A stretch of DNA of 64,000 bases, taken from NCBI GenBank assembly GCA_963675595.2, contig CAXXLZ010000001.1, positions 960,001-1,024,000 on the forward strand. The letters run 5' to 3'. Below, in pieces: positions 38,808 to 50,400 of this stretch. How positions within the stretch are numbered: the first letter of the stretch is position 1; each line of letters starts with the position of its first letter. The notes under the pieces were generated by a model, which saw only the letters and a program-made list of their open reading frames with translations, had not been told where the DNA came from and ran no database searches. Source of the stretch: Thermodesulfobacteriota bacterium. GTDB lineage: Bacteria; Desulfobacterota; Desulfarculia; JACQYL01. Made by a program: the position numbers and the translations under genes.

Positions 38808-40111
38808 TGTTTTCCTGGAAGGCTTTGCGATTCCGGTCGGCCAAGGACGTGGTTCTCCCGCTGTCCCTATCCTTGAGAGGGCGGCGTAAGAAGGCCAAGA
38901 CCCATGACGACTCCCTCGGCCCTCCGTTGCGGTGCTCCCGGAAGCTCAAGGAAATGATGATCCGGCATTACTACCTGGCTCGACTCGCCAAGGGTGTGAA
39001 GCCTGTGGCCTGGGTCACCAGCGGCGCTCCGGTGGAACTCCTGCGCGCCCTTGATTTTTATACCGTATATCCGGAGAATCACGGCGCTCTGTGCGGGGCC
39101 GGCCGGGCTGCTCAAGAACTCTGCGCCGCAGCCGAGCGTCAGGGATATTCTCCGGACCTGTGCTCCTACGCCCGGACGGACCTGGGCCACGCTTTTTCGG
39201 GCGGAACGCCCGTGGGCAAGTTGCCCGAACCGGATCTGCTCTTCTGTTCCAACAACATCTGCCAGACCGTCCAATACTGGTTCAAGCAGTTGGCTTACCA
39301 CCGCGGGATTCCGCTCGTCCTGTTCGATGCGCCTTTTATCCCCGACGGGGAAAGCGAACCCTCGGCCGCTGTTGCCTATATGGCCGCCCAACTCAGAGCC
39401 TGCGTGCCGAAGTTGGAGCGAATCTCTCGGCGGGAATTCGATGAAAATCGTTTTTCGGAGGTCCTCCGGCTTTCCAAAGAAAGCTCGGAATCCTGGGGAA
39501 GGGTGCTCTCGACGCTCAAAGCCCGTCCCGCCCCCATGACCATCTTCGACGCGTTCGTGCATTTGGCTCCCATCGTATCTTTGCGCGGATTGCCCGTGTG
39601 CCTGGATTACTATCATACGCTGCTGTCGGAACTGGAAGAACGGGTTGGAGCGGGGATCGGAGGGATCCGAGAGGAGAGGACCCGCCTCATGTGGGACAAC
39701 ATAGCGGTATGGTTCAAGCTCAGGGATTTCTCACGCCTTTTCGCAAGTCACGGCTGCAGTTTCGTCTGCGCCACCTACACCAACGCCTGGGCGGAGACCA
39801 TGCACTTTCTGGACGCCAAGGACCCGTTTGAGGCGCTTGCGCGTGCCTACGGGCAAGTCATCCTGAACCGAGGGCTCGGCTATCGTGCCGCTCTCATGGA
39901 GCGGATGATTGGGGAATACCAAGTGGATGGGTTGGTATTTCATTCGGACCGAAGCTGCAAACCTTACTCCATCGGTCAGTACCAGCTGCAGAGAACCCTC
40001 GCCGAGCGATGCGGCGTCAAGACCGTGGTCATCGAGGCGGACATGACGGACCCCCGTTCCTATTCGGAGGAACAGACTTCGAACCGGTTGCAGGCCTTCC
40101 TTGAAATGTGA
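38804..40111 (+). CDS. 2-hydroxyacyl-CoA dehydratase / benzoyl-CoA reductase family subunit (HgdA/BcrB-like)
   Basis: YPENHGA, DLCSYAR, NNICQ, RSCKP, EADMTDPR and RLQAFLE. Confidence 0.9.
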   Translation: MMFSWKALRFRSAKDVVLPLSLSLRGRRKKAKTHDDSLGPPLRCSRKLKEMMIRHYYLARLAKGVKPVAWVTSGAPVELLRALDFYTVYPENHGALCGAGRAAQELCAAAERQGYSPDLCSYARTDLGHAFSGGTPVGKLPEPDLLFCSNNICQTVQYWFKQLAYHRGIPLVLFDAPFIPDGESEPSAAVAYMAAQLRACVPKLERISRREFDENRFSEVLRLSKESSESWGRVLSTLKARPAPMTIFDAFVHLAPIVSLRGLPVCLDYYHTLLSELEERVGAGIGGIREERTRLMWDNIAVWFKLRDFSRLFASHGCSFVCATYTNAWAETMHFLDAKDPFEALARAYGQVILNRGLGYRAALMERMIGEYQVDGLVFHSDRSCKPYSIGQYQLQRTLAERCGVKTVVIEADMTDPRSYSEEQTSNRLQAFLEM

Positions 40112-40675
40112 CCGGGGGACGGCGAATCACGGGTCGCGCCGATCACGGCCGGCGCTCTTCAATGGACGGTAGCTTCTCTGCTGAAACGAGCGTCGCTTTT
40201 TCGGTTCTGAACTGCGAAGGCTTTCGTTGAGATCGAGACCAGTCGCGAGAATGAGGTCGTACGCATCCCTGAGGTGTCGCTTACAGAAGCGATCGGGCTT
40301 TCTGAAGCGGCAATCGAACCGGATTCTTGATCTACCACGGGAGTACGGGAGACGAATGGGCCTACGCTATGAAGCGCCGTATGGATTGGTATTACAAATC
40401 CGACTATCTCGAAAGGTTGTGTTTTCTTCGAGTTCCGGTATAATAGAAGCGAGTCGTTCTATATTTTTACTAAAATCCGGAACAAATCGTCGCCGGCGTC
40501 GCGTTTACAGCTCATCGAGCCTTTCGTTGCGCATAATGGGTGAAACCTGTCCATACCCGTCGCTGATTAAGGGTTCGGTGATGTGGTCGTGTCGATCCGG
40601 GTGATCAGATAGAGGCCTCCTTCTTCAGTCGCCTGTGCGATATAATGAATTTCCAGACGGAATTTTAATAACGAA

Positions 40676-41524
40676 ATGAGTCAAGAGACGTCACTAATGA
40701 GCCCTTCCAAAGATGAACACATAGATCCTTATTTGGACAGGGAAGATTTGTTGCGTAACCAGCTTCTCGATAAGATATTGATTATATCTTCCATAGTCGC
40801 CTCCATATGCGTTTTACTCGCACTACTGAGAGATCTCAGAATAGGATGGAATTATCGTGATATAATAATGCCCATAGCAGTAGGTACGCTTATTATCCTC
40901 GCTGTCGTTCGTAAGAGACTGTCCATGCGCGGCAAGGCGACTTATTTGATTATCGCATATCTGCTGGGAGGTGGTTCCGGTCTGTTCAGCCTTGGGATGC
41001 TGGCGGGCAGCGTATTTATATTCCCTTTGGCGGCGGTGCTGGTATCTCTTTTTTACTCTTCCCGATCTATTCTGACCTTCGTCATATTCTTGCTTCTGTT
41101 TTTCTCCTTTGCCGCCGTAGGCTTCTGTTCCGGCTGGATCCGCTTGCCTTTGCGCCCCGACCTGCTGATGACCAGCTATCTACACTGGATTGTGTACGTC
41201 ATGTGCATCGTCTGCTTTTTTGTGGTCAGCTGCTTAACGATATGTGAGTACAGGCGAGCGATGGGGCTCCTGGTCGGGCAAATCAGCCGACAGCGCGACG
41301 AATTGGAGAAGAGCGGTGAGGACCTCCTCAACGCCCTGAACCAGGTGAAAAAACTCAGCGGCCTGCTGCCCATCTGCTCTTCCTGTAAGAAAATCCGTGA
41401 CGACCGAGGTTATTGGAATCAGCTGGAATCGTATATTGAGAATCATTCCGAGGCCGAGTTCAGTCATGGCATTTGCCCCGAATGCGCTAAGCGTTTGTAT
41501 CCCGATTTGGATGTGGATGATTGA
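40676..41524 (+). CDS. Membrane sensor with a C-terminal Cys-rich (LPICSSCKKIRDD) domain
   Basis: About six transmembrane helices, a coiled coil, then LLPICSSCKKIRDDRGYW...FSHGICPEC. Confidence 0.85.
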   Translation: MSQETSLMSPSKDEHIDPYLDREDLLRNQLLDKILIISSIVASICVLLALLRDLRIGWNYRDIIMPIAVGTLIILAVVRKRLSMRGKATYLIIAYLLGGGSGLFSLGMLAGSVFIFPLAAVLVSLFYSSRSILTFVIFLLLFFSFAAVGFCSGWIRLPLRPDLLMTSYLHWIVYVMCIVCFFVVSCLTICEYRRAMGLLVGQISRQRDELEKSGEDLLNALNQVKKLSGLLPICSSCKKIRDDRGYWNQLESYIENHSEAEFSHGICPECAKRLYPDLDVDD

Positions 41525-42046
41525 CGCGGATGCATGACTAGCGGTCGGATATTGAACGAGCGTTTCCGGCGCATGAACACGCTCCACTTCTCGAACTTCC
41601 CGGTTCAAACCGCTGCCGTCTTTCCATCGACGGTGATCAAGAGGCCTCAGGCACGGTTCCGACCATGCGAACCTTTCCAAAACGTCTCTTGCGCCCTGGG
41701 TCGTATGATCGTTTTCATTTGAGCGTTCTTTGGGAACGCCGAATCGGCACGAAGCGAAGACAACGGACGGGAATGGGCCCGGATAAGAAATATACGCCGT
41801 TTTCGACGGTGGTTCCGGCGTGCCGGCTGATCGACGTCTTTGGGCTTTGGATGGGTTTCCGTCGAGGCGGCTCTTGAAACTCGGCCGCGACGCTCACGGC
41901 GCGGTTCAGAGGCCGATTCGACCTTTTTCTCGCGCCCTGCACGGGAACGAGTTGGACATGAGGGGATTGGGCATGTTAGCGTCCGACGGATATAGATCAT
42001 TTGTCTTCAGACATCCTTGCTTCAAACGTTGCATGGGGCTGTTTGC

Positions 42047-45000
42047 ATGGTTTCTCTACGTGCTGCCTTAGTGTTTTGTCTCTTGGCTGTCTTCGCGGCG
42101 CCTCCCGCTTCGGCCTCTCAGGGCCGAGGTGAGCGAGTGGTGGTCCAACTGCGCTGGCTGCACCAGTTCCAGTTCGCCGGATATTATGCGGCCCTTGAAA
42201 AGGGCTTCTACCGTGACGCCGGACTCGATGTCGTCTTGGTGGAAGGGGGCCCTCACCGCGATCCCATAGAGGAGGTGCTTTCCGGACGCGCTCAATACGG
42301 AGCGGCCAGCAACGAGGTGCTTCTGGCCAGGCTTAACGGCAAACCGGTCAAGGTCCTGGCCGTCATCTTTCAGCAATCCCCGTCCGTTTTTTTGGCCCGC
42401 AAGGACTCGGGCATCAATTCGCCCCAAGACATGCTTGGACGCCGGGTAATGATGATGCCGGGAATGGGCGATGCCGAGCTGCTGGCCATGTTCGCCAAAG
42501 AAGGCATCGACCTGAAAAACATCCGCCGCCTGCCCACCAGCTATAACATCGACGACCTCATAAACGGCAAGACCGACGTGTTCAACGCGTACCTGACCAA
42601 CGAGCCCTATTATCTGGAAAAGAAGGGCATCCCGGCGACCATTATCCGGCCGGCCGCTTACGGCATCCACTTCTACGGCGATTGCGTCGTCACCTCCGAG
42701 GACGAAGTGGACAAGCATCCCGAGCGCGTCCGGGCGTTCCGCCGGGCCACTCTGGACGGCTGGCAATATGCCATGGATCATCCGGAAGAGATCATCGATC
42801 TCATCCTCAAGAAGTACCACGCCAAGAAGACCCGGGATCACCTGCGTTTCGAGGCGGCTTCCATGCGCGAGCTGCTGCAGCCTGAAATGATCCAGATGGG
42901 TCATATGAACCCCGGCCGCTGGCGTCATATGGCCGAAACCTTTGCCGAGCTGGGGCTGGTTCCATCCGATTTCAATCTGCAGGGGTTGATCTACGATCCC
43001 GAGGCCCGCAAAGACCGCACTCCCTGGCTGTGGGCGGCGGGGATAGGTTTGGGTGTGCTGCTCATCGTGGGCACGGTGACGGTCCTTCTCGCCCGTTTCA
43101 ACCGACGCCTACGCCGCGAGGTGGATGAGCGTAAACGAGCTGAAGAGCGGGTTGCCGCCATGGTGGCCAACGTGCCCGGCGTTATCTTTCAGATGGAGAT
43201 ATTTGACGACGGGCGGCGTGAATATCGTTACTTGAGCCCGCGTGCGGCGGAATTCTTCGGTCTCGACCCGGAGGAGATCATCCGAGAAAGGAGGCGGCTC
43301 TGCTGGCACCCGGCGGACAGAGAACGAGTTGAGCGCGAGGTGGATTCCGGCACCGCGGCCGGCGGCGTGAATTTGGTGGGCCGCGTATTACTCCCCGATG
43401 GGAGGATTAAATGGGTACGCGTCAACGCGTCCTTTTCCGAAGAAGACCCGGGCAAGCGCGTGGCGACCGGGTTCATGCTGGATATCACCAAACGCAAAGT
43501 GGCTGAAAACGAATATCTGGCCGGTGAACGTAAGATCAAGGCTATGAGCCAAGCGGTGGAGGACGCCCTCATCATGATCGACGGCCGCGGCAAGGTGCTG
43601 TTCTGGAACCCTGCGGCGGAGCGGCTTTTCGGTTACAGCGAGGCGGAAGCGATGGGAATGGATTTTCATCGTATGGCTGCACCGGACGAGTATCGGGAAA
43701 AGGTGCTCCCCGGTCTGAAACGTTTTTCCGAAACGGGGGAAGGGGAGGTCCTGGGCAAGACCACCGAGATCATGGCTACCGACTGCCGGGGCCGGAAGTT
43801 CCCCGTGGAGGTGACACTTTCCGCCTTTCAGCTCGATGAAGAGTGGTACGCAGTGGGTACCGTGCGCGATATCAGCGCTCGTAAGCAGGCCGAAAAGGCC
43901 GCCAAGGATTCCGAGCGGCGCATGGCGGACATCATCGAGTTTTTGCCCGATCCCACCTTGGTGGTAGACAACATGGGCCGGGTACTCTTCTGGAACCGAG
44001 CCATGGAGAAACTCACCGGGATCAAGAAGGCGGACATTATCGGCAAGGCCGACTATGAGTATGCCTTGGCTCTTTATGGTGAGCGCCGACCGATCCTGGT
44101 CGACCTCGTCAGGTCCTGGAATGAAGATTTGGCGGAAAAGTATTTGAGCATAAAGAAACAGGGCGATTATCTGGCTGCCGAGTCTTTCCACCCCCATCTG
44201 GGCGATGGAGGTATTTTCCTTTCCAGTACTGCGACCGTGCTCTTTGACGCCGGCGGAAATGAAATCGGGGCCATAGAGAACTTGCGTGATATTACCGAGA
44301 AAAAGCAGGCCGAAGCCCTGATGGTGGAGAAGAAAGTGGCCGAGGAGGCGGCCGCCCGTGCGGAACGAGCGAGGTTGGAGGCGGAGGCGGCCCGACGGGA
44401 ACTGCAGGCCAACCTCAAGGAGATTGCACGCTTCAATCGGCTGGCGTTGGGACGGGAGGAACGCATCATTGAACTCAAGCATCAGGCCAACCAACTGGCT
44501 TCACTGGCCGGCATGGAGACACCCTACGATGAGCGGGCGATGGAGTCCGGCGAGGGGCTGCGGGAGGAAGAGGGAGAAGCTGCGGATCAGGGTGAGGAAG
44601 TGGAGATGAACTTGGATCGGTTGGCCAAGGTGTTGTCCGAGGAACGGTTCCATAACCTGCTTCATGACTTCTGTGAGGCGGCGGGAGTTGCCGCGGCGAT
44701 CATCGACACACAGGGCGAAATCTTGGCCGCGGCCCGTTGGCAACGAGTTTGCACGGACTTTCACCGTCAAAACGACATTACTTGCGCCCGATGTATCGAA
44801 AGCGACACGAAACTGGCCGCCGAGCTCGAAGAAGGAAAAGCCTACGCCGTCTACAGATGCCGCAACGGTCTGATGGACGCCGCTTCTCCCATAGTGATCG
44901 AGGGCAAACATCTGGCCAACACTTTTGTGGGGCAGTTCTTCACCGAGCCTCCGGATGAGGAGTCCTTCCGACGCCGAGCCGAGGAGGTGGGCTTTGATCC

Positions 45001-45835
45001 CGAGCAATACTTGGCGGCCGTGGCCGAAGTACCGGTGCTGAAGGGGGACCGTTTACCCGCGATCCTGGGCTTTGTGACAGGTATGTCCCGAACGGTGGCC
45101 GCTTCCTACTCCGAACGCCTGCGGGCGCAGCAGGCCGAGGCGGGATTGATCCGGCGTGAGCAGGAGAGTCGGCGCGAGCGCGCTGCAGCCCTCAGTCTGG
45201 CCGAGGACGCCGAGAATGCTCGGGCCGAGATCGAGCGTTACAAGGGCCGCTTGGAGTTGCTGGTGGAGGAACGCACCGATGAGCTGATGCAGAGCGAGGA
45301 ACGTACCCGGTTGCTGCTCGACTCGGCGGGGGAAGGCATTTTCGGGGTAAACGGCGAGGGCGAGGTGAGTTTCATCAATCCCGCCGCACTGGAAATGTTG
45401 GGGTATGCCGAAGCCGAGATCATGGGTCGTTCGGCGCACGCCCTGTTCCATCACTCGCGAGCCGACGGCAGTGAGTACCCGGCGGACGAGTGCCCGATGA
45501 ACGACTCCTGGATAAACGGAGCCACCCACCGCGTGGGCGACGAAGTGCTTTGGCGCAAAGACGGCAGGTCCTTCCCGGTGGAATACTCCAGTACACCCAT
45601 CAACAAGGCCGGTCGAGTGGTGGGGGCGGTGATCACTTTCTTCGACGTGAGCGAACGCAGACTGGTGGAAGAAGAAATGAACCGGTATGTGGACGAATTG
45701 GAGCGTTTCAACCGTCTCACCGTGGGGCGCGAGGAGAGGATGATCGAGCTCAAGGAAGAGGTGAACCTGCTGCTGGAAAAGGCGGGCCGGGAGAGGAAGT
45801 ACCATGTGATGGACCTGGACGCCACGGATTATTAG
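42047..45835 (+). CDS. Large sensor: NMT1/THI5-like periplasmic binding domain, TM, 3 PAS, PocR, PAS; no catalytic output
   Basis: QLRWLHQFQFAGYYAA (NMT1-like), repeated PAS motifs, CTDFHR..C..YRCRNGL (PocR). No H-box, GGDEF or EAL motif found. Confidence 0.88.
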   Translation: MVSLRAALVFCLLAVFAAPPASASQGRGERVVVQLRWLHQFQFAGYYAALEKGFYRDAGLDVVLVEGGPHRDPIEEVLSGRAQYGAASNEVLLARLNGKPVKVLAVIFQQSPSVFLARKDSGINSPQDMLGRRVMMMPGMGDAELLAMFAKEGIDLKNIRRLPTSYNIDDLINGKTDVFNAYLTNEPYYLEKKGIPATIIRPAAYGIHFYGDCVVTSEDEVDKHPERVRAFRRATLDGWQYAMDHPEEIIDLILKKYHAKKTRDHLRFEAASMRELLQPEMIQMGHMNPGRWRHMAETFAELGLVPSDFNLQGLIYDPEARKDRTPWLWAAGIGLGVLLIVGTVTVLLARFNRRLRREVDERKRAEERVAAMVANVPGVIFQMEIFDDGRREYRYLSPRAAEFFGLDPEEIIRERRRLCWHPADRERVEREVDSGTAAGGVNLVGRVLLPDGRIKWVRVNASFSEEDPGKRVATGFMLDITKRKVAENEYLAGERKIKAMSQAVEDALIMIDGRGKVLFWNPAAERLFGYSEAEAMGMDFHRMAAPDEYREKVLPGLKRFSETGEGEVLGKTTEIMATDCRGRKFPVEVTLSAFQLDEEWYAVGTVRDISARKQAEKAAKDSERRMADIIEFLPDPTLVVDNMGRVLFWNRAMEKLTGIKKADIIGKADYEYALALYGERRPILVDLVRSWNEDLAEKYLSIKKQGDYLAAESFHPHLGDGGIFLSSTATVLFDAGGNEIGAIENLRDITEKKQAEALMVEKKVAEEAAARAERARLEAEAARRELQANLKEIARFNRLALGREERIIELKHQANQLASLAGMETPYDERAMESGEGLREEEGEAADQGEEVEMNLDRLAKVLSEERFHNLLHDFCEAAGVAAAIIDTQGEILAAARWQRVCTDFHRQNDITCARCIESDTKLAAELEEGKAYAVYRCRNGLMDAASPIVIEGKHLANTFVGQFFTEPPDEESFRRRAEEVGFDPEQYLAAVAEVPVLKGDRLPAILGFVTGMSRTVAASYSERLRAQQAEAGLIRREQESRRERAAALSLAEDAENARAEIERYKGRLELLVEERTDELMQSEERTRLLLDSAGEGIFGVNGEGEVSFINPAALEMLGYAEAEIMGRSAHALFHHSRADGSEYPADECPMNDSWINGATHRVGDEVLWRKDGRSFPVEYSSTPINKAGRVVGAVITFFDVSERRLVEEEMNRYVDELERFNRLTVGREERMIELKEEVNLLLEKAGRERKYHVMDLDATDY

Positions 45836-45851
45836 GGCAAGGAGATGATCC

Positions 45852-46379
45852 ATGTTCAAAGAAGAAAGAGATTCGCCGCAGTTTCAATGGGACATGTTGG
45901 GTGATATCGCCGAGGGCAGACCCAACCTGGGGGACACTACGAAGGTGGGGGTATATCGCCTGATGCAATTCACCCTGCGGGACATCCTGATCAGGGATTA
46001 CGGCCCGGAAGCGGCCAACCGTGTCTTTTTCGAAGCCGGCCGTTCCGCCGGCCGCGAATTTTACAAGAATCTGGTAACCGAGAAGAATGATTTCAACAAA
46101 TTCGTGGTCGAGCTGCAGAAACTGATGTCGGACCTCAACATCGGCATCCTGCGTGTGGAAAAATCCGATCCGGTCAATATGCATTTCGTCCTCACCGTGG
46201 CCGAGGACCTGGACTGTTCCGGGCTTCCTCTGAGCAATGAGAACATCTGCACTTACGACGAAGGCTTCATCAGCGGCCTGTTCCTGGAGTTTACCGGCGA
46301 GGAGTTCGAGGTCCGGGAAGTGGATTGCTGGTGCTCCGGCAATCGGGTCTGTCGTTTCGAGGTCGAACCCAAGCGGTAA
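45852..46379 (+). CDS. V4R (4-vinyl reductase-like) ligand-binding protein
   Basis: [21 protein letters not shown] and EVDCWCSG...CRF. Confidence 0.85.
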   Translation: MFKEERDSPQFQWDMLGDIAEGRPNLGDTTKVGVYRLMQFTLRDILIRDYGPEAANRVFFEAGRSAGREFYKNLVTEKNDFNKFVVELQKLMSDLNIGILRVEKSDPVNMHFVLTVAEDLDCSGLPLSNENICTYDEGFISGLFLEFTGEEFEVREVDCWCSGNRVCRFEVEPKR

Positions 46380-46384
46380 ATGCC

Positions 46385-49117
46385 ATGCTGCAAGTCGAGG
46401 AAGAAATCATAGATAGGATCAGCGAGGTCTTCCACCTCATCTCCAAAGGCAGGAAGCCCGCGCCCATTGTGCTGCCCGATGATTTTCCGGAGAACGAAAT
46501 TCGTCAGGCGGTGGGATACATCAATCGGTTCCTGGATGAGTATGCCGCCACCACCAACTTGGTGGACTCTCTGTCCAAGGGGGACATCGAGCAGCAGGGT
46601 CCTCCGGGGCACAGCGCGCTGTTGGCCTCTCTCAAGAATCTGCAAGGTAATCTGCGTCACCTGACCTGGGCCACTCAGCAGATCGCCAAAGGCGACTTCA
46701 GCCATCAAGTGGGTTTCATGGGGGAGTTCTCCCAGGCCTTCAACAGCATGACCGGCCAGCTCAGAAGCTCCTTCAAGGAGCGTGAACAATCGGAGCAGAC
46801 CATGCAGGGCCGGATCCAGGAACTGGCCGGGGCCCGGCGTGCCATGCTGAACATGCTGGAGGACCTGGACCGGGAAAAGGCGAAGGCGGAGGCGGCAACA
46901 CAGGCCAAGAGCGATTTTCTGGCCAACATGAGTCATGAAATCCGCACGCCGATGAACGCCGTTCTGGGCATGATTCACCTCGCTTTGAAAACCGACCTGG
47001 ACCCCAAGCAGCGCGATTATCTCGAGAAGATCCAGATCAGCAGCCGGACGCTGTTGACCATCATCAACGATATCCTGGACTTCTCCAAAATCGAGGCGGG
47101 CAAGCTGGAAATGGAGGTAATCGATTTTTCTTTGGACGACGTCCTGGGCAACCTCTCCAACTTGGTAAGTTTGAAGGCGCAAGAGAAAGGGCTGGAACTG
47201 CTTTTCGACATCGACCCTCGCCTGCCTCGGGGCCTCAAAGGAGACCCGCTGCGCCTGGGCCAAATTCTGGTCAACCTGGGCAACAACTCGGTGAAATTCA
47301 CGGAGCGGGGTGAGATCGTTGTCTCGGCGCGGCCTCTGGAGACGGTCGGGGACAGGGTGAAGATTCGGTTTTCCGTGCGTGATACCGGCATCGGCATGAC
47401 CCCCGAGCAACAGGCCCGACAATTTCAGGCCTTTTCCCAGGCCGACACCTCCACCACGCGCAAATATGGGGGTACCGGGCTGGGGCTGGCCATCAGCAAG
47501 CGACTGGTGGAGATGATGAACGGGGAGATCTGGGTGGAAAGCGAAGCCGGCGTGGGCAGCGAATTCATCTTCACGGCCGAGTTCGGCATCGGCCGGGTCA
47601 CGGCCGAACGCAAGCCGAGTTCCGATCCGGACCTGCGGGGCATGCGTGTATTGGCTGTGGACGACAACGCGGCCGGCCGAGAGATTCTACAGGCCATGCT
47701 GGATTCCATGGGATTCAGGGCCGACCTGGCGAGAGACGGCGCCGAGGCATTGGCCATGCTCGAGCGCGCCGATCCCCGACGTCCCTATGATCTGGTGCTC
47801 ATGGACTGGAACATGCCGGGCATGGACGGGCTTACCGCGTCGGAGCGGATCAAGAGTCATCCTCGTTTGGCCAAGGTGCCCACCATCATCATGGTCACGG
47901 CCTACGGCCGCGAAGAAGTCATGAAGCGAGCGGAACGAATCGGGCTTGAAGGCTTTCTCATCAAGCCCGTGAGCCCTTCGTTGCTTCTGGACGCCATCAT
48001 GACCGCTTTCGGCAGGCGGGTCGCACCCGTGGCCGGCGGAGCACGAACTCCCGCGCGCGAACCGGAAGTCGGTTCAAGGCTGCGCAACGCCGAAGTGCTT
48101 CTGGTGGAGGACAACGAGATCAACCGGCAGGTGGCTCGTGAAATCCTCGAGGGGGCCGGTATGGTGGTGACCGTTGCCGAAGACGGCGAACAGGCGGTGG
48201 AAGCGGTCAAGAGCACCGACTACCACGCGGTGCTGATGGACGTGCAAATGCCGGTGATGGACGGCTACACGGCCACCAGGGCCATACGCGCGGAAAAGCG
48301 ATTCAAGCATCTGCCCATCATCGCCATGACCGCCAACGCCATGGCCGGCGATCGCGAAAAGGCGCTGCAGGCGGGTATGAACGACCATGTGGCCAAACCC
48401 ATAGACATCGATCAACTTCTTGCCTGTCTAAGCAAGTGGATCGGGCCGGTGGCACGCGGGGTCGCGCCCGGGACGTCGGAACGGCGGGAAACGGAGGCCC
48501 AGCCCAAAGATATGGCCCTGCCGGAAACCATCGAGGGCGTGGATATGGCCGACGGCCTCGCCAGGTTGGGCGGCAACCGTAAGCTCTATCGTAAACTCCT
48601 GATCCGGTTGCACGACGACTATGTTCATTCCGAGGCCGAAATAACGGGTATGCTGGAAAGGGGCGAAACGGCGGAGGCCCGACGTCTGGCTCACAGCATC
48701 AAAGGCGTGGCGGGAAACGTGGGCGCGAAGGGGCTTCACCTTGCGGCGGCGGGTCTGGAGGCGGCCATCAAAGAGGCCGACGGAAACGATATCCAAGAGA
48801 AGCTGGCCGTTTTCGGCAGAGAGTCGGATTCGCTCATGGCCGCTTTGGCAGAGCTGGAGGTGGTGGAACCCGTGCTGGATGTTTCGGGAATTGAGGCATC
48901 ACCCGATAAGCTGGCCCGGGCATTACGGGACATGCTGCCCCATCTCAAGGCCAAGAAGCCCAAGCCTTGCCGGGAAGCCATGAACGAGCTGAAAGGCTTG
49001 GGACGACCCAAGGGATTGGAGCCGGAATTCGCCCAACTGGACACACTCGTGGGCAAGTACAGGTTCAAGGAAGCCGTAACCTTGGCGGAGTCCCTGTTGG
49101 ATCGGATGAAAGGATAA
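46385..49117 (+). CDS. Hybrid histidine kinase (HAMP-HisKA-HATPase-REC-REC-Hpt)
   Basis: [21 protein letters not shown], two receiver domains, Hpt motif AHSIKGVAG. Confidence 0.95.
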   Translation: MLQVEEEIIDRISEVFHLISKGRKPAPIVLPDDFPENEIRQAVGYINRFLDEYAATTNLVDSLSKGDIEQQGPPGHSALLASLKNLQGNLRHLTWATQQIAKGDFSHQVGFMGEFSQAFNSMTGQLRSSFKEREQSEQTMQGRIQELAGARRAMLNMLEDLDREKAKAEAATQAKSDFLANMSHEIRTPMNAVLGMIHLALKTDLDPKQRDYLEKIQISSRTLLTIINDILDFSKIEAGKLEMEVIDFSLDDVLGNLSNLVSLKAQEKGLELLFDIDPRLPRGLKGDPLRLGQILVNLGNNSVKFTERGEIVVSARPLETVGDRVKIRFSVRDTGIGMTPEQQARQFQAFSQADTSTTRKYGGTGLGLAISKRLVEMMNGEIWVESEAGVGSEFIFTAEFGIGRVTAERKPSSDPDLRGMRVLAVDDNAAGREILQAMLDSMGFRADLARDGAEALAMLERADPRRPYDLVLMDWNMPGMDGLTASERIKSHPRLAKVPTIIMVTAYGREEVMKRAERIGLEGFLIKPVSPSLLLDAIMTAFGRRVAPVAGGARTPAREPEVGSRLRNAEVLLVEDNEINRQVAREILEGAGMVVTVAEDGEQAVEAVKSTDYHAVLMDVQMPVMDGYTATRAIRAEKRFKHLPIIAMTANAMAGDREKALQAGMNDHVAKPIDIDQLLACLSKWIGPVARGVAPGTSERRETEAQPKDMALPETIEGVDMADGLARLGGNRKLYRKLLIRLHDDYVHSEAEITGMLERGETAEARRLAHSIKGVAGNVGAKGLHLAAAGLEAAIKEADGNDIQEKLAVFGRESDSLMAALAELEVVEPVLDVSGIEASPDKLARALRDMLPHLKAKKPKPCREAMNELKGLGRPKGLEPEFAQLDTLVGKYRFKEAVTLAESLLDRMKG

Positions 49118-49127
49118 TCGCGTGCCT

Positions 49128-50228
49128 ATGAAGGAGCTGTCCGACTGCAACGTGTTGGTGGTCGACGACACCGAGGCCAATGTGGACATCCTGGTCGATG
49201 CCTTGGGCGAGTTGTACGAAGTGTCCGTGGCCATGGACGGGGAATCGGCCCTGGAGGCGGTGGCGGAGGAACCGCCGGATATCATTCTCCTGGACATCAT
49301 GATGCCGGGCATGGACGGATACGAGGTTTGTCGACGGCTCAAAACCGAAGGCTCCGCAGCCGAGATTCCCGTGATCTTTCTTTCAGCGCTGACCGAAATA
49401 GAAAACAAGACCAAAGGCTTTCAGCTGGGAGCGGTGGATTACATCACCAAACCTTTCGAGGTGCTGGAGGTGCAGGCTCGGGTCAAAACGCACCTCTCGC
49501 TGGTGCTGGCCGGTCGTGAGCTTCGGACTCAGAACGAGATGCTGGAAGAGAAGGTCCTGGAGCGCACCCTTGAACTGGCCCAAACCCAGGACGTCACCAT
49601 CCACAGCTTGGCCGGCTTGGCCGAGACGCGGGACAACGAGACCGGCGGCCATATCCTGCGCACGCAAGGTTACGTCAAGGCCTTGGCCGAGCAACTGGCC
49701 AAGGATTCTCCCTATGCGGGCCGACTCGACACCCGGACCATCGAGCTGTTCTATAAAACCGCCCCGCTGCACGATATTGGGAAAGTCGGCGTGCCGGACG
49801 CCATTCTGCTCAAACCCGGCAAGTTGACCTCGGAAGAGTTCGACATCATGAAAAGGCATGCCGAATTGGGGTACGAGGCTCTAGTCAGGTCCGAGAAGAC
49901 CTTTAATTTGGTGAGAAAGCCCGATTTTTTGGAACATGCCCGCGACATCGCCCTCACCCATCATGAAAAGTGGAACGGAAAGGGCTACCCCAGGGGTTTG
50001 GCCGGAGAGGATATTCCGCTCTCCGGTCGTATCATGGCCGTGGCCGACGTGTACGACGCGCTCATCAGCAAGCGGGTGTACAAACCGGCTTTCACCCATG
50101 AAAAAGCGGCCGCCATCATCAGGGAGGAGAGTGGGGCTCACTTCGACCCGGTGGTGGTGGAGGCCTTTTCGGCAATCGAGGAGGAGTTCAAGCGCATCGC
50201 GGCCGAGTTCGCCGACGAAGAGGAATAG
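49128..50228 (+). CDS. REC-HD-GYP c-di-GMP phosphodiesterase (RpfG-like), copy 1
   Basis: REC domain, ETGGH, HDIGK and HHEKWNGKGYP. Confidence 0.95.
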   Translation: MKELSDCNVLVVDDTEANVDILVDALGELYEVSVAMDGESALEAVAEEPPDIILLDIMMPGMDGYEVCRRLKTEGSAAEIPVIFLSALTEIENKTKGFQLGAVDYITKPFEVLEVQARVKTHLSLVLAGRELRTQNEMLEEKVLERTLELAQTQDVTIHSLAGLAETRDNETGGHILRTQGYVKALAEQLAKDSPYAGRLDTRTIELFYKTAPLHDIGKVGVPDAILLKPGKLTSEEFDIMKRHAELGYEALVRSEKTFNLVRKPDFLEHARDIALTHHEKWNGKGYPRGLAGEDIPLSGRIMAVADVYDALISKRVYKPAFTHEKAAAIIREESGAHFDPVVVEAFSAIEEEFKRIAAEFADEEE

Positions 50229-50400
50229 GCGTAATCTTCTTATTCGCGGGGTCTTCGGGGGAGCAGCTTTCCACGTGAAAGATTCCGGCGCGACTTGCGG
50301 TCGTGGATCAAGGACGTGCCGGCGGAGAAACGGAAATTCTTTGGAAGAGGCAATGGGGGCGGCCGGTACCCGAGGCCGTCTCGGGAGATGAGTTGCGGTT

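Noticed and set aside
40112-40675. Possible gene or Sec read-through after the dehydratase TGA
   Set aside because: The protein ends at the family-typical RLQAFLEM, and no convincing ORF follows on either strand.
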